Positions 23,616-37,100 of a DNA stretch of 47,298 nucleotides are shown one piece after another (positions within the stretch are counted from its first letter, which is position 1; each line of letters begins with the position of its first letter). The notes beneath the pieces are model-generated. The model saw nothing but the letters and a program-made list of their open reading frames with translations, was not told the DNA's origin and made no database searches. Origin of the DNA: Dimargaris cristalligena (taxonomy: Eukaryota); the NCBI GenBank assembly GCA_003614675.1, contig ML002288.1:1-47298 (forward strand), written 5' to 3'. Position numbers and translations under genes: made by a program.

Positions 23616-25364
23616 ATGGGTAAAGGCAAGCGCGCCACTTTCGACGTCAACCCCCACCTGGGCCACCAGCAGCCCACGCGCACTGACCGTATAGCCCTGG
23701 GTAAACTGGCCGCGGCTGACTCTTTCCAGGCTACCCACCAAGCCTTGGACGCCTCTACTCAAGCTTCCCGCGAACCCTCAGTGCTGGATCTCCATCCCGC
23801 CCACTGCTCTGCTGCCCACTCCGCTTCGCCTCTACTCCAAGAGGCTCTGGACACTTCCGCCCTCCCCGCCAACAAACGTCGTCTGTTGGGTGCCCACGAA
23901 CCGGCCAAGTTTGTGCATATGGAGGAACCCGAGGTGCCCCTCTTTATCCTGGTCTCCACCTACTTCAGTTACCTGGTGCTGATTATCTTTGCTCACGTTC
24001 GCGACTTTTTGGGTAAACGCTTCAAGAGCCACGAGTATACTTATTTACGGCACCACGACGGGTTTGCCCCCATTTTCTCCGACTTCGAGAGCCTTTGGCG
24101 TCGTCGTCTCTATCAGCGTATCCGTGATTGCTTCAACCGCCCCATTACCGGCGTGGCCGGCTCCTACGTGACTCTTATTGACCGGGTCACTCCGGACTTT
24201 TGCAAGACTTTTGAACTGACCGGGACCCACACCCGCACGCTCAACCTGGCTTCGTACAACTACCTGGGGTTCGCTCAGAGCACCGGTCCCTGTGCCGACA
24301 GTGTTGAACAGGCCATTGAGCGTCTCGGAGTGGGCAATGCCAGTTCCGTGGCCGAAATGGGTAATTCCCAGCTTCTGCGCGATACCGAAGCCATGGTAGC
24401 CCGCTTCCTGGGTGCTGAGGCCAGTTTGATTGTGAGCATGGGTTTCGCCACCAACTCCACCACTATTCCTGCCTTGGTCTCCAAGGGCTGTCTGCTTATT
24501 TCCGATGAACTGAACCACTCGTCGCTCGTGACCGGCTCTCGCCTGTCCGGGGCTACTATCCGGGTCTTCCGCCACAATAGCACCACCCACCTCGAACGGG
24601 TCCTGCGGGAAGCGATTTCCCAGGGCCAGCCCCGTACCCACCGCCCTTGGAAGAAGATCCTGGTGGTGGTTGAAGGTCTGTATAGTATGGAGGGTCAGTT
24701 CTGCGATTTGCCCGGTATCATGGCGCTCAAGGATAAGTATAAGTTCTACCTGTTCGTCGACGAGGCTCACTCCATCGGTGCCGTGGGTCCCCGCGGTCGT
24801 GGTGTTTGCGATTTTTACGGCATCGACCCCTCTAAAGTCGATGTGCTTATGGGTACTTTCACCAAGAGTTTCGGTGCCGCTGGTGGTTACATTGCTGGCC
24901 GCAAGTCCCTTATTAACCACCTCCGCCTCAACAACCACGCCTCGGTGTACGGCGAGTCCATGTCGGTCCCTGTTCTCCAGCAAGTGGCCAGCTCCATCCG
25001 CATTATCATGGGTGAAGATGGTACCCACGACGGACAGCGTCGGTTGGAAACCCTGGCCTTCAATGGCATGTACTTCGCTAAGCGTCTACGGGAGCTTGGT
25101 TTCCTGACCCTTGGTAGCGATGGTTCGCCTGTTGTCCCCATGTTGCTTATGAACCCCGCCAAAATCCCGGCCTTCTCTCGGGAATGCCTGAAGCGCGGTA
25201 TCTCAGTGGTGGTTGTGTCCTACCCCGCCACCCCCATTATTACTTCCCGGGTCCGGTTCTGTCTTTCTGCGTCTCATACTAAGGAGGATATGGATTACGC
25301 CCTGGAGCAGATCGAAATTATTGGTCGGCGTTTGAAGCTGAAACTGGGTACCCCAGAGTTTTAA
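23616..25364 (+). CDS. LCB2: Serine palmitoyltransferase catalytic subunit (LCB2/SPTLC2), 582 aa, no intron in CDS
   Basis: PLP-lysine motif GTFTKSFG; NLASYNYLGF, SDELNHSS, VEGLYSMEG, DEAHSIG, RVRFCLSASH; LCB2-type RRLYQRIRDCFNRP. Confidence 0.97.
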   Translation: MGKGKRATFDVNPHLGHQQPTRTDRIALGKLAAADSFQATHQALDASTQASREPSVLDLHPAHCSAAHSASPLLQEALDTSALPANKRRLLGAHEPAKFVHMEEPEVPLFILVSTYFSYLVLIIFAHVRDFLGKRFKSHEYTYLRHHDGFAPIFSDFESLWRRRLYQRIRDCFNRPITGVAGSYVTLIDRVTPDFCKTFELTGTHTRTLNLASYNYLGFAQSTGPCADSVEQAIERLGVGNASSVAEMGNSQLLRDTEAMVARFLGAEASLIVSMGFATNSTTIPALVSKGCLLISDELNHSSLVTGSRLSGATIRVFRHNSTTHLERVLREAISQGQPRTHRPWKKILVVVEGLYSMEGQFCDLPGIMALKDKYKFYLFVDEAHSIGAVGPRGRGVCDFYGIDPSKVDVLMGTFTKSFGAAGGYIAGRKSLINHLRLNNHASVYGESMSVPVLQQVASSIRIIMGEDGTHDGQRRLETLAFNGMYFAKRLRELGFLTLGSDGSPVVPMLLMNPAKIPAFSRECLKRGISVVVVSYPATPIITSRVRFCLSASHTKEDMDYALEQIEIIGRRLKLKLGTPEF

Positions 25365-26192
25365 TGAGGGGAGGATGTAAAGGATTATTTGGCCCGTCAT
25401 ATTTCTGGGGTCGTATTCTTTTCCCGCCTTTCAGTTATCGTGTATGCTATTTCTATTATATATTCTGATCTTTGTTCTACTCCCCTAATTAATTTTTCTG
25501 CCAACCCTTCAATAGTCATTTAATTTACCTCGCTCATCTATTTCTATTTTGCAATCGTATTTATTAATTATAATCAGGTCATCTGCCATTTTCTATTATT
25601 TATGAGGGTGCTATGATGTGGTCATACCTCATTTACTCGCGTTGTTAATGGACACTCGGGTCTCTGGAGCCATTGGTGCTTTTACTAGTTCCGTATTTGG
25701 TCATCTCTTTATAGACAGTATATTGTCGATTATTATTGCACATTTCAACGATGCGTGAAATTAATCTTAACTAAAACTAAATCAATCCATCTAACTGCCT
25801 TCAGTTGTCGCTAAGGAGGAAAATACAGTTATTCAGAACGTCATAATTGATGCACGTTAGGTAAGAATGAATCGCCCCTCCTTAATAATATCACTAGTTA
25901 GTATCTCAATGGTATATAAGAAGACTACGAGAGGGGGGGAGGATTGGTGCGGGAAGCATAGGATCATATGTATTGAAATATATAATAAACGAGGTATAAA
26001 TGATTGCAAGAATGGGAGAGGACGATGGAATTAATCGTAAGGGGGAATAAAGGAAAGTTGCTTGCTACTGATAAATTATACAAATAGTACGCAGGTTGGG
26101 GGGATAGACATACGGGGGAGATGGATGTTCAACATTTGGTTGAGAAGGAGATTGGAGTAGGAAGGGAAGGGAAAATTGGGCACGAATTATGA

Positions 26193-27145
26193 TCAGTAGT
26201 TGTAGTTTTCCTTGGTGAAGTTGGGGTCTTGGACAAAGGCAGCGAGTACTTTACTGCCCGTTTGCAGAAGAGGATGTCCCGCAACACTGTAGAATTGGAT
26301 AGTAGTGGGGTTACCGCGGATATGTATGGCAAGTGGATAGTAACGTAGTAGGGGTTATATTAGTTATCGGTATACTGTTGCATTCCATGACATCAGTCCG
26401 CAAGGGACAGGGGTGGGCTGGTTGAGAGGATGTTATAGTAGAGTATATTGGCAGACGTGATAGGGGTGATTGTATACATTCAGCACCCGTTGAGCCATTG
26501 GTGCTAGGATAGGGTCAAGGGTTTTTCGGGCAAGCACTGTTCATATACTACTCCCCTTTACACTTTCACTAATAAGTACCCAGGGGAATCTAGCTGGGAA
26601 TGATATTATATTTCCTGTGCACCATTCCAATCCGCAATATAGAAACTAGCCTCTACCCACGCCACGAGGGATATGCTACGCGGCGTGCCGAAGCGAATAC
26701 ATATATATATATATATTGGTATATGTGTGTGAATGAACAGGTTTAGCGGTTTCTGGACTACTTACATTTGCAGGAACCGTTCGAGGCCCAAACGACGGGT
26801 TTCAATCACCTCGTCGGTGAACCGGTTGGTGAAGACTTTACCGGGCAACGGGGGAATATTCACCTTGGAGGTTTCCCGTTCCAGCATATCCCGGAACCAT
26901 TCGAAGTCGCTGTACCGGCGACGCACGGCACTCTGTTTCAGTTTAAAGGCCGGGATGTTGGTACGACAGCCGATTTCATAGTCGGTGTACATTTTGCGGC
27001 CGAACCCGTGGGTTTGGGGGTTGCGTACTTCGATTTCGAGAAAGTTTTCGGGGATGCCGTAGATTTCGTCAATGGACTGCTCGCGGGTTTCGAGACGGGT
27101 GGCGGCGGTGAAGGCCCGGGGAAATGAGGAGCCACCGGTGACCAT
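26193..27145 (-). CDS. SNX3: Sorting nexin-3 (PX-only), 2 exons, 157 aa
   Basis: Exons 27145-26766 and 26286-26193; intron GTAAGT...CTACAG. Motifs [29 protein letters not shown] and spliced [18 protein letters not shown]. Confidence 0.96.
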
Positions 27146-28945
27146 GGTGGTATTCTAGAGACGGTGGTGGTAGTAGTCGAAATTAGAGTACTCTGCTGGA
27201 ATAAGCAGGAAACACAAAGCTAAGATTAAGGGGGATGGTACAAGAGGCCGAAGCACAAAAAGGGTGGGAATGGATGACAAGGGCAGAATGTCTAGATGAA
27301 ACCGCGGCTACTGTTTAATGGGTGGAAAAAAAGGGGAGGGGGTGTATTATAATAGTTTACCAAACGAATGGGCGGGGCCAAAATAAGGCGAGAAATAAGT
27401 AGAGGGGGTTTTGCGCGTGGGTCAGTGTATCAGGGTCAGGTGAAGAACAACTGGGCTGGGCTCTCCTTTATCCACATTCCAACTAATACTAAGCTGAAGA
27501 AGGAAGATGCCTTTTTGGCAAGTAAGTAAGTTGTTATACGGAAGGAAGGGTTGTTGGGCGTTATAAAGTAAGTGCAGGCCACCCAAGGCAAGAGATATTG
27601 GCCCGGCTGGTGGCGCCCCAGTAGTACTCCCGGCTCTATGACGAAAGTGGGGTAGTGGGAATAAATGGGCGGGCTAGCGAAGCGTTGGGGACTGGCGAGG
27701 AGGTGTAACCCCTCCCCTACTGGCCGAGCGCGCTTCCTTAGGAGTTGCTTAAGCTCCAGATATAGAATATATATTATTGTGCACATCACCCTGCCTTGTA
27801 TTTGCACTAGCTATTTACCTATTCATCTGGTTTAAGTGACTGTTTAACAACTTCTCTGCTCCACAGCCGCCTTCAATCCCAACCCCCAATGTATTACACT
27901 CCTTTTGTTAGGGCCATACTGCCACCATCTTGATTACTTTACGACGAATATCTTTGTGTAGTCAAAGTGGGATATTGTTGATTATCATATCTCAGTTCCT
28001 GAAAATAACACAGTCCGTCGTTCACTTTGGATATCAACGCATTTGTATTTTACTGGCCTTGCACGTTGGAAATTCACACTGGTGCTATATTAATCTGCGG
28101 GATGCGCACTTGGCTTACCATTACTTAAAGATGCAGTTTTAGAATGAGGAATGGCGATATGGTGCACCCCACCTCCCCTTTCATACTAATCCGTTGCTCC
28201 CTTACTCGGCCTCGTCCTGTAATATAGATATATATATATATTTCAGTGAACGGCGTATCCTAGATCTTTTCTATCAGTCCATCAGACTAATATACCCCCG
28301 TGTCATCCTCGTTGAGTAGACGTGTATGACTCTTGAGCGCACACCTTTCCCATCGACGACCCAAGCAATAATAGGATGTGCACAGTGGCGTTTCCAAAAG
28401 GAAAGGCTCATTCAACTACAGTGTAGTACAGAATTCGTTCCCCCATCCGAAGGAGAGGTAAGGGGGGACCCAGTCTCTGGGTTATCCTATGAAGGTCCGG
28501 GGTCCTCTAATCTCACCCTAAACCTACACCAAAAGCCCCCGTAAGAGGGAAAACGACCCGAGCCTTGCCATGAGCGACTCCCCCCCAAAAAGCTAGTTTA
28601 GCCAAATTTTGCGTTCCGAATAGTAGTGCTACCCCCTCCCCCATCTCTCACCTTCCTCTTGGGACCACTCTCTCTCTCTCTCTCTGAGATAATTATAAAT
28701 GATAGCGACTCCTCCTCTATTTCGCAGATATTATGGACCTCTTCTCTCTTTTTATATATATGTATATACACTGGCACCCTTATAATCATATATAGTTACC
28801 GTTTATACTGCTCCCCTTCCACACACGCATCAACTCCGTGATTTAATAGTCATCCAAGTTGTTTCCGCCTCCAACCTAGATTATTTTTTTGATATCATTC
28901 CTTTTCTCTGCCACCGGCTCGTCTCCAAGGGCTCGATTTAAAAAT

Positions 28946-30553
28946 ATGAGGGTTTCTACAACTTTGCTGAGTCTAACCGCCCTTCTCGCGAATCCAGTTG
29001 CATTGGGGAGCTTCTTTCCTCCCATTTTTTCAACTAAACAGAGCACAGTCGCGCTCACGGAAACTGGAAGCGAGCCCCCGCACATCATCACTGGTGGCCA
29101 GACCCCAGTTTTAGCTCGATTTGGTCAACCCGTACGTTCGTCCAGGCCGCCTACTGTAAATAGCCAAGAGGATACTCCCCCTCTTTCAAGCTATACCGCT
29201 ATAGACGTATGTTTCCTATTTGGTAGCACATACACACACCCCCTCACGCATCCTCCTCAAATTGCTACACATCTAAAGGTCCCACATATGCATTTCCAAT
29301 GACTTACGCCGCCATAATTTACCACCAATCCCTTCCCTATATCAAACTGTACGCCCCAATTTCATACTTAGATTATCGACCACTGGGACACCCATGTCCT
29401 TAATATCCAACAACTTCTGATAAGCAAGGAAATGTGGGATACGTACTCCCCCTTGTGGTATACACTCGCCAATTTGGAGACCTGGGATACCTACTTGAAG
29501 AGTCTTCGGCCCAGGCCCAATGCCCCGCCCGCCCCCAGCCAGATGGAAATTGAGTTGGGCCGCCGCTACATGGCCGAAATGAAAAAACGGCAACAGAAAC
29601 CTGGCCAAGCCGTTGCACGCGAGTCCCTAGCCTACAGCCGTCGCATCCCCGTCTGTTTGAGAGAAATTAGCCCCGAGTCCCTGAAGCAGGAATTCCCGGT
29701 GGTGAGCCGGGCCACGGGTAAACTATTGGCCGATTTACTGGTCCTAGTTTCCAACCGGCGCGGCCCCCCTCTCTCACCCGCCGCCGACCCTACGATGATC
29801 CCGGCCGCGGAGCCCCAGTTTCTCATCGACCGCACGTTGAGTTTCGGGGCGGCCAAGGTGATTCTACCAACGGTGGTAGACCGAATGACTACGGCTGGGC
29901 TATGGCGACTGTATTGCCTGGATCAATGGGACGAAATCCAGAATTATTTTAAATTGGCTGGACAAGTGGCCGAAAAGGCCTCGGCGACCCGCGGGGGTGT
30001 TGGAGGTGAGGGGATATCCCGCCGGACGGCCCTCATTGGTCAGCATGCCCGGCTGATGACCACCATGGCGGCTTTATTTGAAAACGAGGACCGGGTGAAG
30101 TGGCTTCTCAACTATATCGATTTTGATTTTCCGAGTACTGACCCCCATCACCTCATCGAGTACCAGCGGCAGTATCTGCAGGACTTGAATAACCACCAAC
30201 TGGGGAATGCGGCTGGGTTCCTGCATAAAGTATGGCCCTTGACGAAAGGCCTTACGCGGATGTCGGCCCAGGTATGGTCAGACACTAGCGCTAGGGGAGG
30301 AGAGAAGACGGCGACTGTAATCTACGGACAGTCCCCTACTAAACCGGATGGCCCGACGTCGGGGAATAATTTCCCGTTCCTGAACGAGCAATACACGTGG
30401 CTAAAGTGGAATGGCTTTCTCTATGTGGCGGTGCCTTCCTTGGCCTTTCGTGATCCAAATAACGACATTAAATTGTTGTCTAGAAACACCCCGGCCGATT
30501 GGCCGGCCATGGCTTACCACAGAGATGTTTCAATTCTTGAGAGGCCCATGTAA
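28946..30553 (+). CDS. Putative secreted protein of unknown family, paralog 2, 2 exons, 480 aa
   Basis: Exon 1 28946-29206 starts MRVSTTLLSLTALLANPVALG. Intron 29207-29371 (GTATGT...TTAG). Exon 2 29372-30553 begins IIDHWDTH. Colinear with paralog 1. Confidence 0.82.
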
Positions 30554-32000
30554 GAACGGGCGCTGTATCTAGTATATCTTTTCGAACAGTTGGTGCGGCT
30601 GGTTAAATTCGGCATTTCGCAGGGCCACCGGTATATACAGCCGGCCCACTTGCCGCCTGCCTTATTTTAATTCGAAGTAGATGTTCCTACTGTTAAATCT
30701 AATCAGATCTTATTTACAATCAATTGGGTTGGGCCAACCCTAATATATTTAGACGGAATAGTTTGCACCTGTCGCTCTGAGGATTATTGCTTTATCCTAA
30801 TGAACTTCCTATGGTCCCGAATTATTTTTTGAGAATTGTCAAAGGAAAGGGCTATACTGATAGTGCCATAAAACCTTATTTGGTCCACTGCCCATTTAAA
30901 AAACACGGTGAGCAGGGCTCTGTTATGTTTAGGTTCAGTAAATAACAGTCCTGATGACGATTAGTTAGGGTCTGGCTTGCAGAGTTGTTTTTATTGATAC
31001 ATAAATTGGGGATTGGATCGGTTTGGCATATAGGAGGGAGCTATTGGGCTACCATAGCGCTCACTCAACTAATCAATAAACTACCCTGGCATCTCGATTG
31101 AACTAGCCAGAGTATTCCGACTACATCATTGGGTGATATAATCGGAGCTATTTTGGGGTAAGGTCCGCTGGGTACCTGGTGATAGAATTTGGGGTCATTG
31201 GACAAGATGGTAACGTCCTTTCCGGGGGGAATACTTACAGTATTATTATAGTTTATGGTAGACCTCTGGTGGCCAATGAGGTTTCTATATCGTCACCGTG
31301 CATATTTATGGATACAACCATATTTTAGTGCGGAAATTGCGTAGACACTATACTGGTAATACAGGGAGTGGTAATAAGAGGCCGAAATATAGGTTAGTTG
31401 GGTGTAATAATCGGGGTTGTCCCAAATTCATCTTGGCCCCTATTACGATAGGTTTGTCCTACTATCATCAAGGCACTCTGTTCTTCATTGGTTCGGTCAT
31501 TCCCGGCTAAATATGGGCATCCCGCTCATCTTAATGACTGGCCACTCAGAATCATACTTTGCAGAGCTGAGTCTCTCTTTTTTTAGGCACCATTTAAAGA
31601 CGCAAAGTTGATAGACAAACGAGAGGGGTCATTGCCTATGCTGTAATTAATCATAATAGGGATTGATGACCAAATTGGTATATTAGGTACCAGAGGCCCA
31701 TCATCCATGTGATCAGTGGAGTCGTAATAACCTGGGGCACGGACAACCGAACTGGTGAATAGCCCGGTCGTTTAGGCGAATGGCTCGAAACTATAGACTG
31801 CGGATTTCTGCTACCTCTACAAGGCATGTCAGATCTGATGTGGCAGTTCATCACCAATGAAGCATAGTATTAGGGGGGTATTTAGCGGATGTAAACAATT
31901 CTTTAAAATGTCTGCGTCGGAGTCTAATGATTAGTGACCACTAAGCGAGGGCAATAATGTGCGCCAACACTACCCCTTTTTGCAGTAGTTTATTTATTGG

Positions 32001-32026
32001 TATATATATATATATATATATATATA
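32001..32026. repeat. (TA)n microsatellite
   Basis: Direct reading. Confidence 0.9.
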
Positions 32027-32765
32027 CTATGGAGCTGGCCGCACTACCAGCATACCAAAGTTTTCAGGGAGGGAGTCATGCGCCCAAACGTCTCGGAAAA
32101 CTTGTACACTGCAGCAGCGAATATCTAGGCCAGTGATTAGTAGTTAATAGCCCGCTGGTTAATTTAGACCAAAATTATCGAAGCCGAGGCTAGGCAGGAA
32201 TATTTGGGACTAGTGGTAATTCGTTGCGGGGCTGGTTAATAGACTAACTAGGGCTCTCGTCGGCCGAGAGGTAGGCGCAAGTGGTCGACAAGGCTGTAGG
32301 AATAGGCGAATATTGAAATGGTATCGAATGCAGGTGCACGTCATTCAAGGCACCTGACCCGCTGTGACTGGCAACTGCGCGCATTCACACAGAGACAGAG
32401 GAAAGAGGGAAACAGCCCCTGCACGATCCGCTCTGGCCGGGGTCCGTCCCGGTTTACAGAAGGAGGGCCAAAAGTAGACCGAGTACTGCTGTTGGACCCT
32501 TTCTTCACCTCTTTCTTTCACTTTATCTCCCGGACATATTCCTACCCATTCTCTTTTATTATTCCTAACCCTTCATCGCCTTTTCCACCTAAACGGTTTT
32601 AAGACCGCATTACCCCTCTGCTGAGCCCTATCGCCCGTCTTTTCCCCGTCCCCGTCGCGCGCTCTCTGCGACTTCATTGAAAACAACTCTTCCTCCCTCC
32701 CATCTTTACAAACCACTCGCTCGCCATTGTCCAGCCTCTCCACGCGTTCCTTCATCACTCATGCC

Positions 32766-35612
32766 ATGACAGAGCCCAGAGGTAAGCAACCCCTCCCATC
32801 TCTACCCGCCCCTACACTGACCAAAGGGTCCATGGCAGTCGCTTTGCAACTAGCTCTCACTCACACTGTCTCTTGCGAATTCCCCTCCTTGACTTTGCCC
32901 TGAACAGAGTCCGACGCCTACCTCGCGGCTTCCGCCTGGAAGAGCTTCGTCGCCGGCACATTTGGTGGTAAGTCACCCGCATATACTCTGCCGTATTCAC
33001 GGTCTTCCCTAAATACCACTACTACTAGTCTCAAGGGACGCATGTAACCAGCACTTGAGTTGAGGGAGATATCCTGACTATTATTCCTCTATACCTCCCA
33101 ACCTTCTCTCACCTATCCCTATGTACCCCCCCCTCTCTCCAACTGTTTCTTCGCCGTCACATATAAAACTATCGTCCTGGGAATCTCGTCCGCTTTTGGA
33201 CTATCGTGCCGCTCTCCGGTTGGCTGGCGTAGGTTGTGCCGGTTTGTTTGTCGGCCACCCTTTTGGTAAGTTGGCCCATTCGCCAGGGATTATGTGTCCC
33301 CCAGTTATTAGACCTTTTTTTATTGTAGGGATTGATGTAGAATATTAGACACTGAGCCCCGGCTTTACCGGAAACACCTCCATTTATTGACCTAAATTGC
33401 TCAATAATGGTATATTTTACCACAAGGCAAAATTACCCCATTGATTTTGATATCATCGCCAGTCGCATCAGCTGACCTGGATATGCTTGAAATGGGCAAT
33501 CCCTGGCTGATAACACTGATCCTGATGATTATTGTTGTATGCCTGACCTCTCTCTCTCCTATTCCCCTCCCTGACCCCTGTCTTGATCCCACTACAGATA
33601 CTAGTAAGTAAATTATGTGGTACCTGTCTGATTAATGCGGATAAGCGATCTAATTATGACACATACCTTAGGCAGACTCATAGATCAATCTTATCCAGTG
33701 TACCACCCTCCTTCCATTATCTGGGATTTAACACCCCTTTCCACTTATGCTGCAACACATTCCAACAGTCAAGGTCCGTCTACAGTCACAGACCCAAACC
33801 ACCATGCGATACTCGGGGACTTGGAATTGTCTGGTTAATATTGTGCGGAAAGAGAAGGTAAGATATATAGTTATCAAAAGCTACTCGGTCAATGGCCGTG
33901 TTTCGGTTCTCGTCATCCACACTATTATAACCTCAGATGGATGGTTTGATTGCTCGAACCAGCCAGGGCAGGGCAGACAGGCTGAGCATCAGATCCATAG
34001 TATGGTTTATTGGTCTCTAATTTCCTTATGATTGATTATATTTCTACACTCGACTCCCGAACACTCTAGGTCCAAGGTCTATTTAAGGGCATGGTACGTA
34101 CACTATAAACACCCCGGTGAAATTCGACTCCTTTTCCTTATGGACAGACCCATTGACCTCGGCTATATATCCTATCATCCATAGTTAATACGAGCCTGAC
34201 ATTTCCCTGATAACATCAATTGGTTTACTTCTGTCTATTTACCGTGGCTCCAGGCATCACCCTTGGTAAGTATTTATCCAAACCACTAGTTCCCCCATAC
34301 CGTGTGTCCACGTTGATGAATCATACTAGAATTCTGATGAAAACGTACGCGATCATACACATGGGCTAATCGGTATTCTTATCTTTCATATTCCTACTGT
34401 GCACACCCTCGGGCTATTTTTGACTGATGACGACGCTCTTTTCAGGCCGGGGTTGCAGCAGTGAATGCAGTTATTTTTAGCGTCTACGAAACATCCCTAA
34501 CCCTCCAAACCCAGGCTACGGGGACCGATCCCACTCTTGGACAGGTATTCGCGGCCGGCCTTGTGACGGGGGTTGTCAGCAGGTACTGTTACTTTATGGC
34601 GATTGCCTCTTTTATTTGTTATGTGTTAGAATAATCCCCCGGACTCAGTCAATACTCACCACCTGTAATGTCCGATATAATGCCCACGCACCCCCCAGCC
34701 AAAACCATCGGACCCGGTGGGATTTCATTCGACCAATGAGCACTACTAACCGGGTTACTCTACTGCCCTATGCCCTATTTTGCCACATCCCCATCTTCTA
34801 GCATCATCACCTGCCCCATGGAACTGGCCAAAATCCGGCTTCAGAATCAAATACCTGCTGACCAGGGCATAATGGCCGGGAAGGGAGCCACCGCGCCGCT
34901 AAAGGGACCCCTAGACTGTTTTATGCGTACGTTCCGCCAAGGAGGGATGCGGGCGTGCTACCGGGGATTTACACCCACCATTCTTCGCGAGCTTAGCTTG
35001 GGCCCGTATTTTGTATCGTACGAACTTTACTGCCGGTGGCTCAAACCGGTGGACCGGGATATCGACGACCTAGGGCCCATGTCCCTGATTTTGGCCGGGG
35101 GCTTTGCTGGTATCACAGCGTGGCTCACCACCTATCCGATGGGTAAGTGTTGGGAATGGGAATGGGAATAAGAATAGGAGGTTCTCTTGAAAAGGGGTCC
35201 GGTATTTATGTTGTGTCCAGTCCAGGGGTATAGGCTATTGTTTTTATAGGTGATGCACAGGACCGTGTCCGTGACCGTGTTGACCCGCCGACTAACCGAT
35301 AGGCTTGTCCCTTCCACTTGGCCTTTCCCCTACATTCCGGACTCTACCGGTATTTTAGATGTGATCAAAACCCGTATGCAGGACATTGATCCCCAAGCCG
35401 TGAAAAAATCACCCTACCGAACCATGTTGGGAACGGCTTGCGCGTGTTATCAAGAAGGCGGGGCCAGGGTGTTTTTCCGCGGCCTTAACGCCACCATCAT
35501 CCGGGCCTTCCCATGTAATGCAGCCACGTTTTTCGTGTATGCCACGGCCATTCGATTCATGAACCGCGAATCATATAGTACTGCATCCACACCTCTACCA
35601 GAAACCGAATAA
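32766..35612 (+). CDS. Mitochondrial carrier (SLC25; carnitine/basic amino acid carrier-like), 10 exons, 323 aa
   Basis: Exons 32766-32781, 32908-32967, 33233-33265, 33598-33603, 33769-33857, 34070-34093, 34254-34265, 34446-34582, 34802-35142 and 35359-35612 total 972 nt in one frame. Three PX[DE]XX[KR] repeats: PFDTIKVRLQ, PMELAKIRLQ, PMDVIKTRMQ; also GLFKGMASPL and RAFPCNA. Confidence 0.92.
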
Positions 35613-37100
35613 TGTACAGGAGAGCTTAGATGTAGTGTATTCCTCCACCAGCCCCACCGGTTAGTTCTTTAATAACCCTGTATTGCTACTAGCGTCCAAT
35701 TCTATTTTTATATTTATTCCAAAACCTGATTATATATTATATTGCAATTTATTTTTACATGGCATTTCACCGCAGCCGCTCCGGCGGGGATTCTTTTATT
35801 TCTATTATTCTATGGATTTTATCACACATGATAGTCTATTTGTTTTCTGGAGGTTACACAATGGGGAAGGGGGTTTTTGAATTTGGAATGTTTAAGTGTA
35901 TGGGAGAGTGTATTTTTCTCTTTTGGATGACAAAAGTAGGTCTCTGGGGGAATTGGCCGACAACGTGGGGCCAGTAGGCTAAATCAAGGTAAATAGGGCT
36001 CTGTCCAAGGGGTCAGGGACCCCACCCGATAGACAAGGGAGGGGGGCATTCCTCAGCTTGCGTCATATGGGAAATACACGGAAAGGCAGGACAAATCGAG
36101 AGACGGATAGAATGTGGTCAGGATCAACCCAACAGGTGGGGAGGGTATTAGGTATTATTAGGTATTAGGTGGTGGTGGTTAGTCAGGGTCATAATTGTGT
36201 GGGTGGGAGGAATGGACATGGAGTATCACATGACTTGTAGGCCAGGTATAATGGGGATTGGTGAGGAATAAGGCTATTTATAGTAGTGGTCGTAGTTATA
36301 AGGGAGAGGGCACTATCCGCTAGATAGGAATAGGTAATGGGCCTGAATGAGTATATTATAGACTAGCGCAACTGCCCTATCTCCCCTTCCCTTCCACTCA
36401 CACCATACCACTTTCCCTCTCTCTCTCTCTCTCCCGCACCTTACCACTCCTCTGCTTCTATAAGGCTCCACTTCTCCCTCCCTCACCAGCTCACTGGTTT
36501 TGACTTCCGCTATTACTTTTCTCTTTTAAAACCACTGGTTCCCTTCAATCGCTTCGTTTCGGCTCCTATCTTTTTATAAATACGGAAATATCTGGAGCAT
36601 AACGCCCCGACTCTAGTTTTATTCTTACTGCCTCTCTCCGTTTCTCGACATTCACCAGTTCCAGTCTTATTTGATATATATATATAACCTTACTCATTTA
36701 CATTTACACAGCCTTCCACGTTTCGGTCGCCTCCGGCCATGCCGTCGTTACAGACTGCCCTCCCTTATTCCCAAGCTCCTTTTGTTTTTTTAGCCCCCCC
36801 AAGTCCGAGGCTTCCCTTGGTGAACCGGACTGTGGAATCCCACCACGCCCTTTAACCGCTACTACTACTACTACCGGTACCACTTTGAATACAGCCCCGC
36901 CGCCCGTCGCTTCTGTACCGCCTGGAATTTCTAGGGCCAGCTTGAGTTCGAGTTCCACTTCGCCTTCGACACCCGGTGTCAGTAGTGGTCCCAGTTCGGT
37001 TTCGGGTCCTCCTTTGACGCCTGCTTCAGCAGCGTCTTCGTCACCCCCCTTTGCGCTTCGCATCGGTTGGCCGGACTTTGGGGTCCCCTTTGCTCCCCGC

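Noticed and set aside
24045..25028. 327-aa antisense ORF inside LCB2, and similar antisense ORFs over CDC123, the 7TM gene, SNX3 and the Pro-rich gene
   Set aside because: Shadow ORFs of GC-rich coding strands with no recognisable motifs.
25667..26505. 14-nt repeat GAGCCATTGGTGCT at 25667 and 26492
   Set aside because: Isolated pair flanking SNX3 exon 2 with no further structure; could be chance.
34310..34432. TGATGA/CTGA boxes in a carrier intron suggesting a C/D snoRNA
   Set aside because: Box order and spacing do not fit, and no terminal stem or rRNA guide was recognised.
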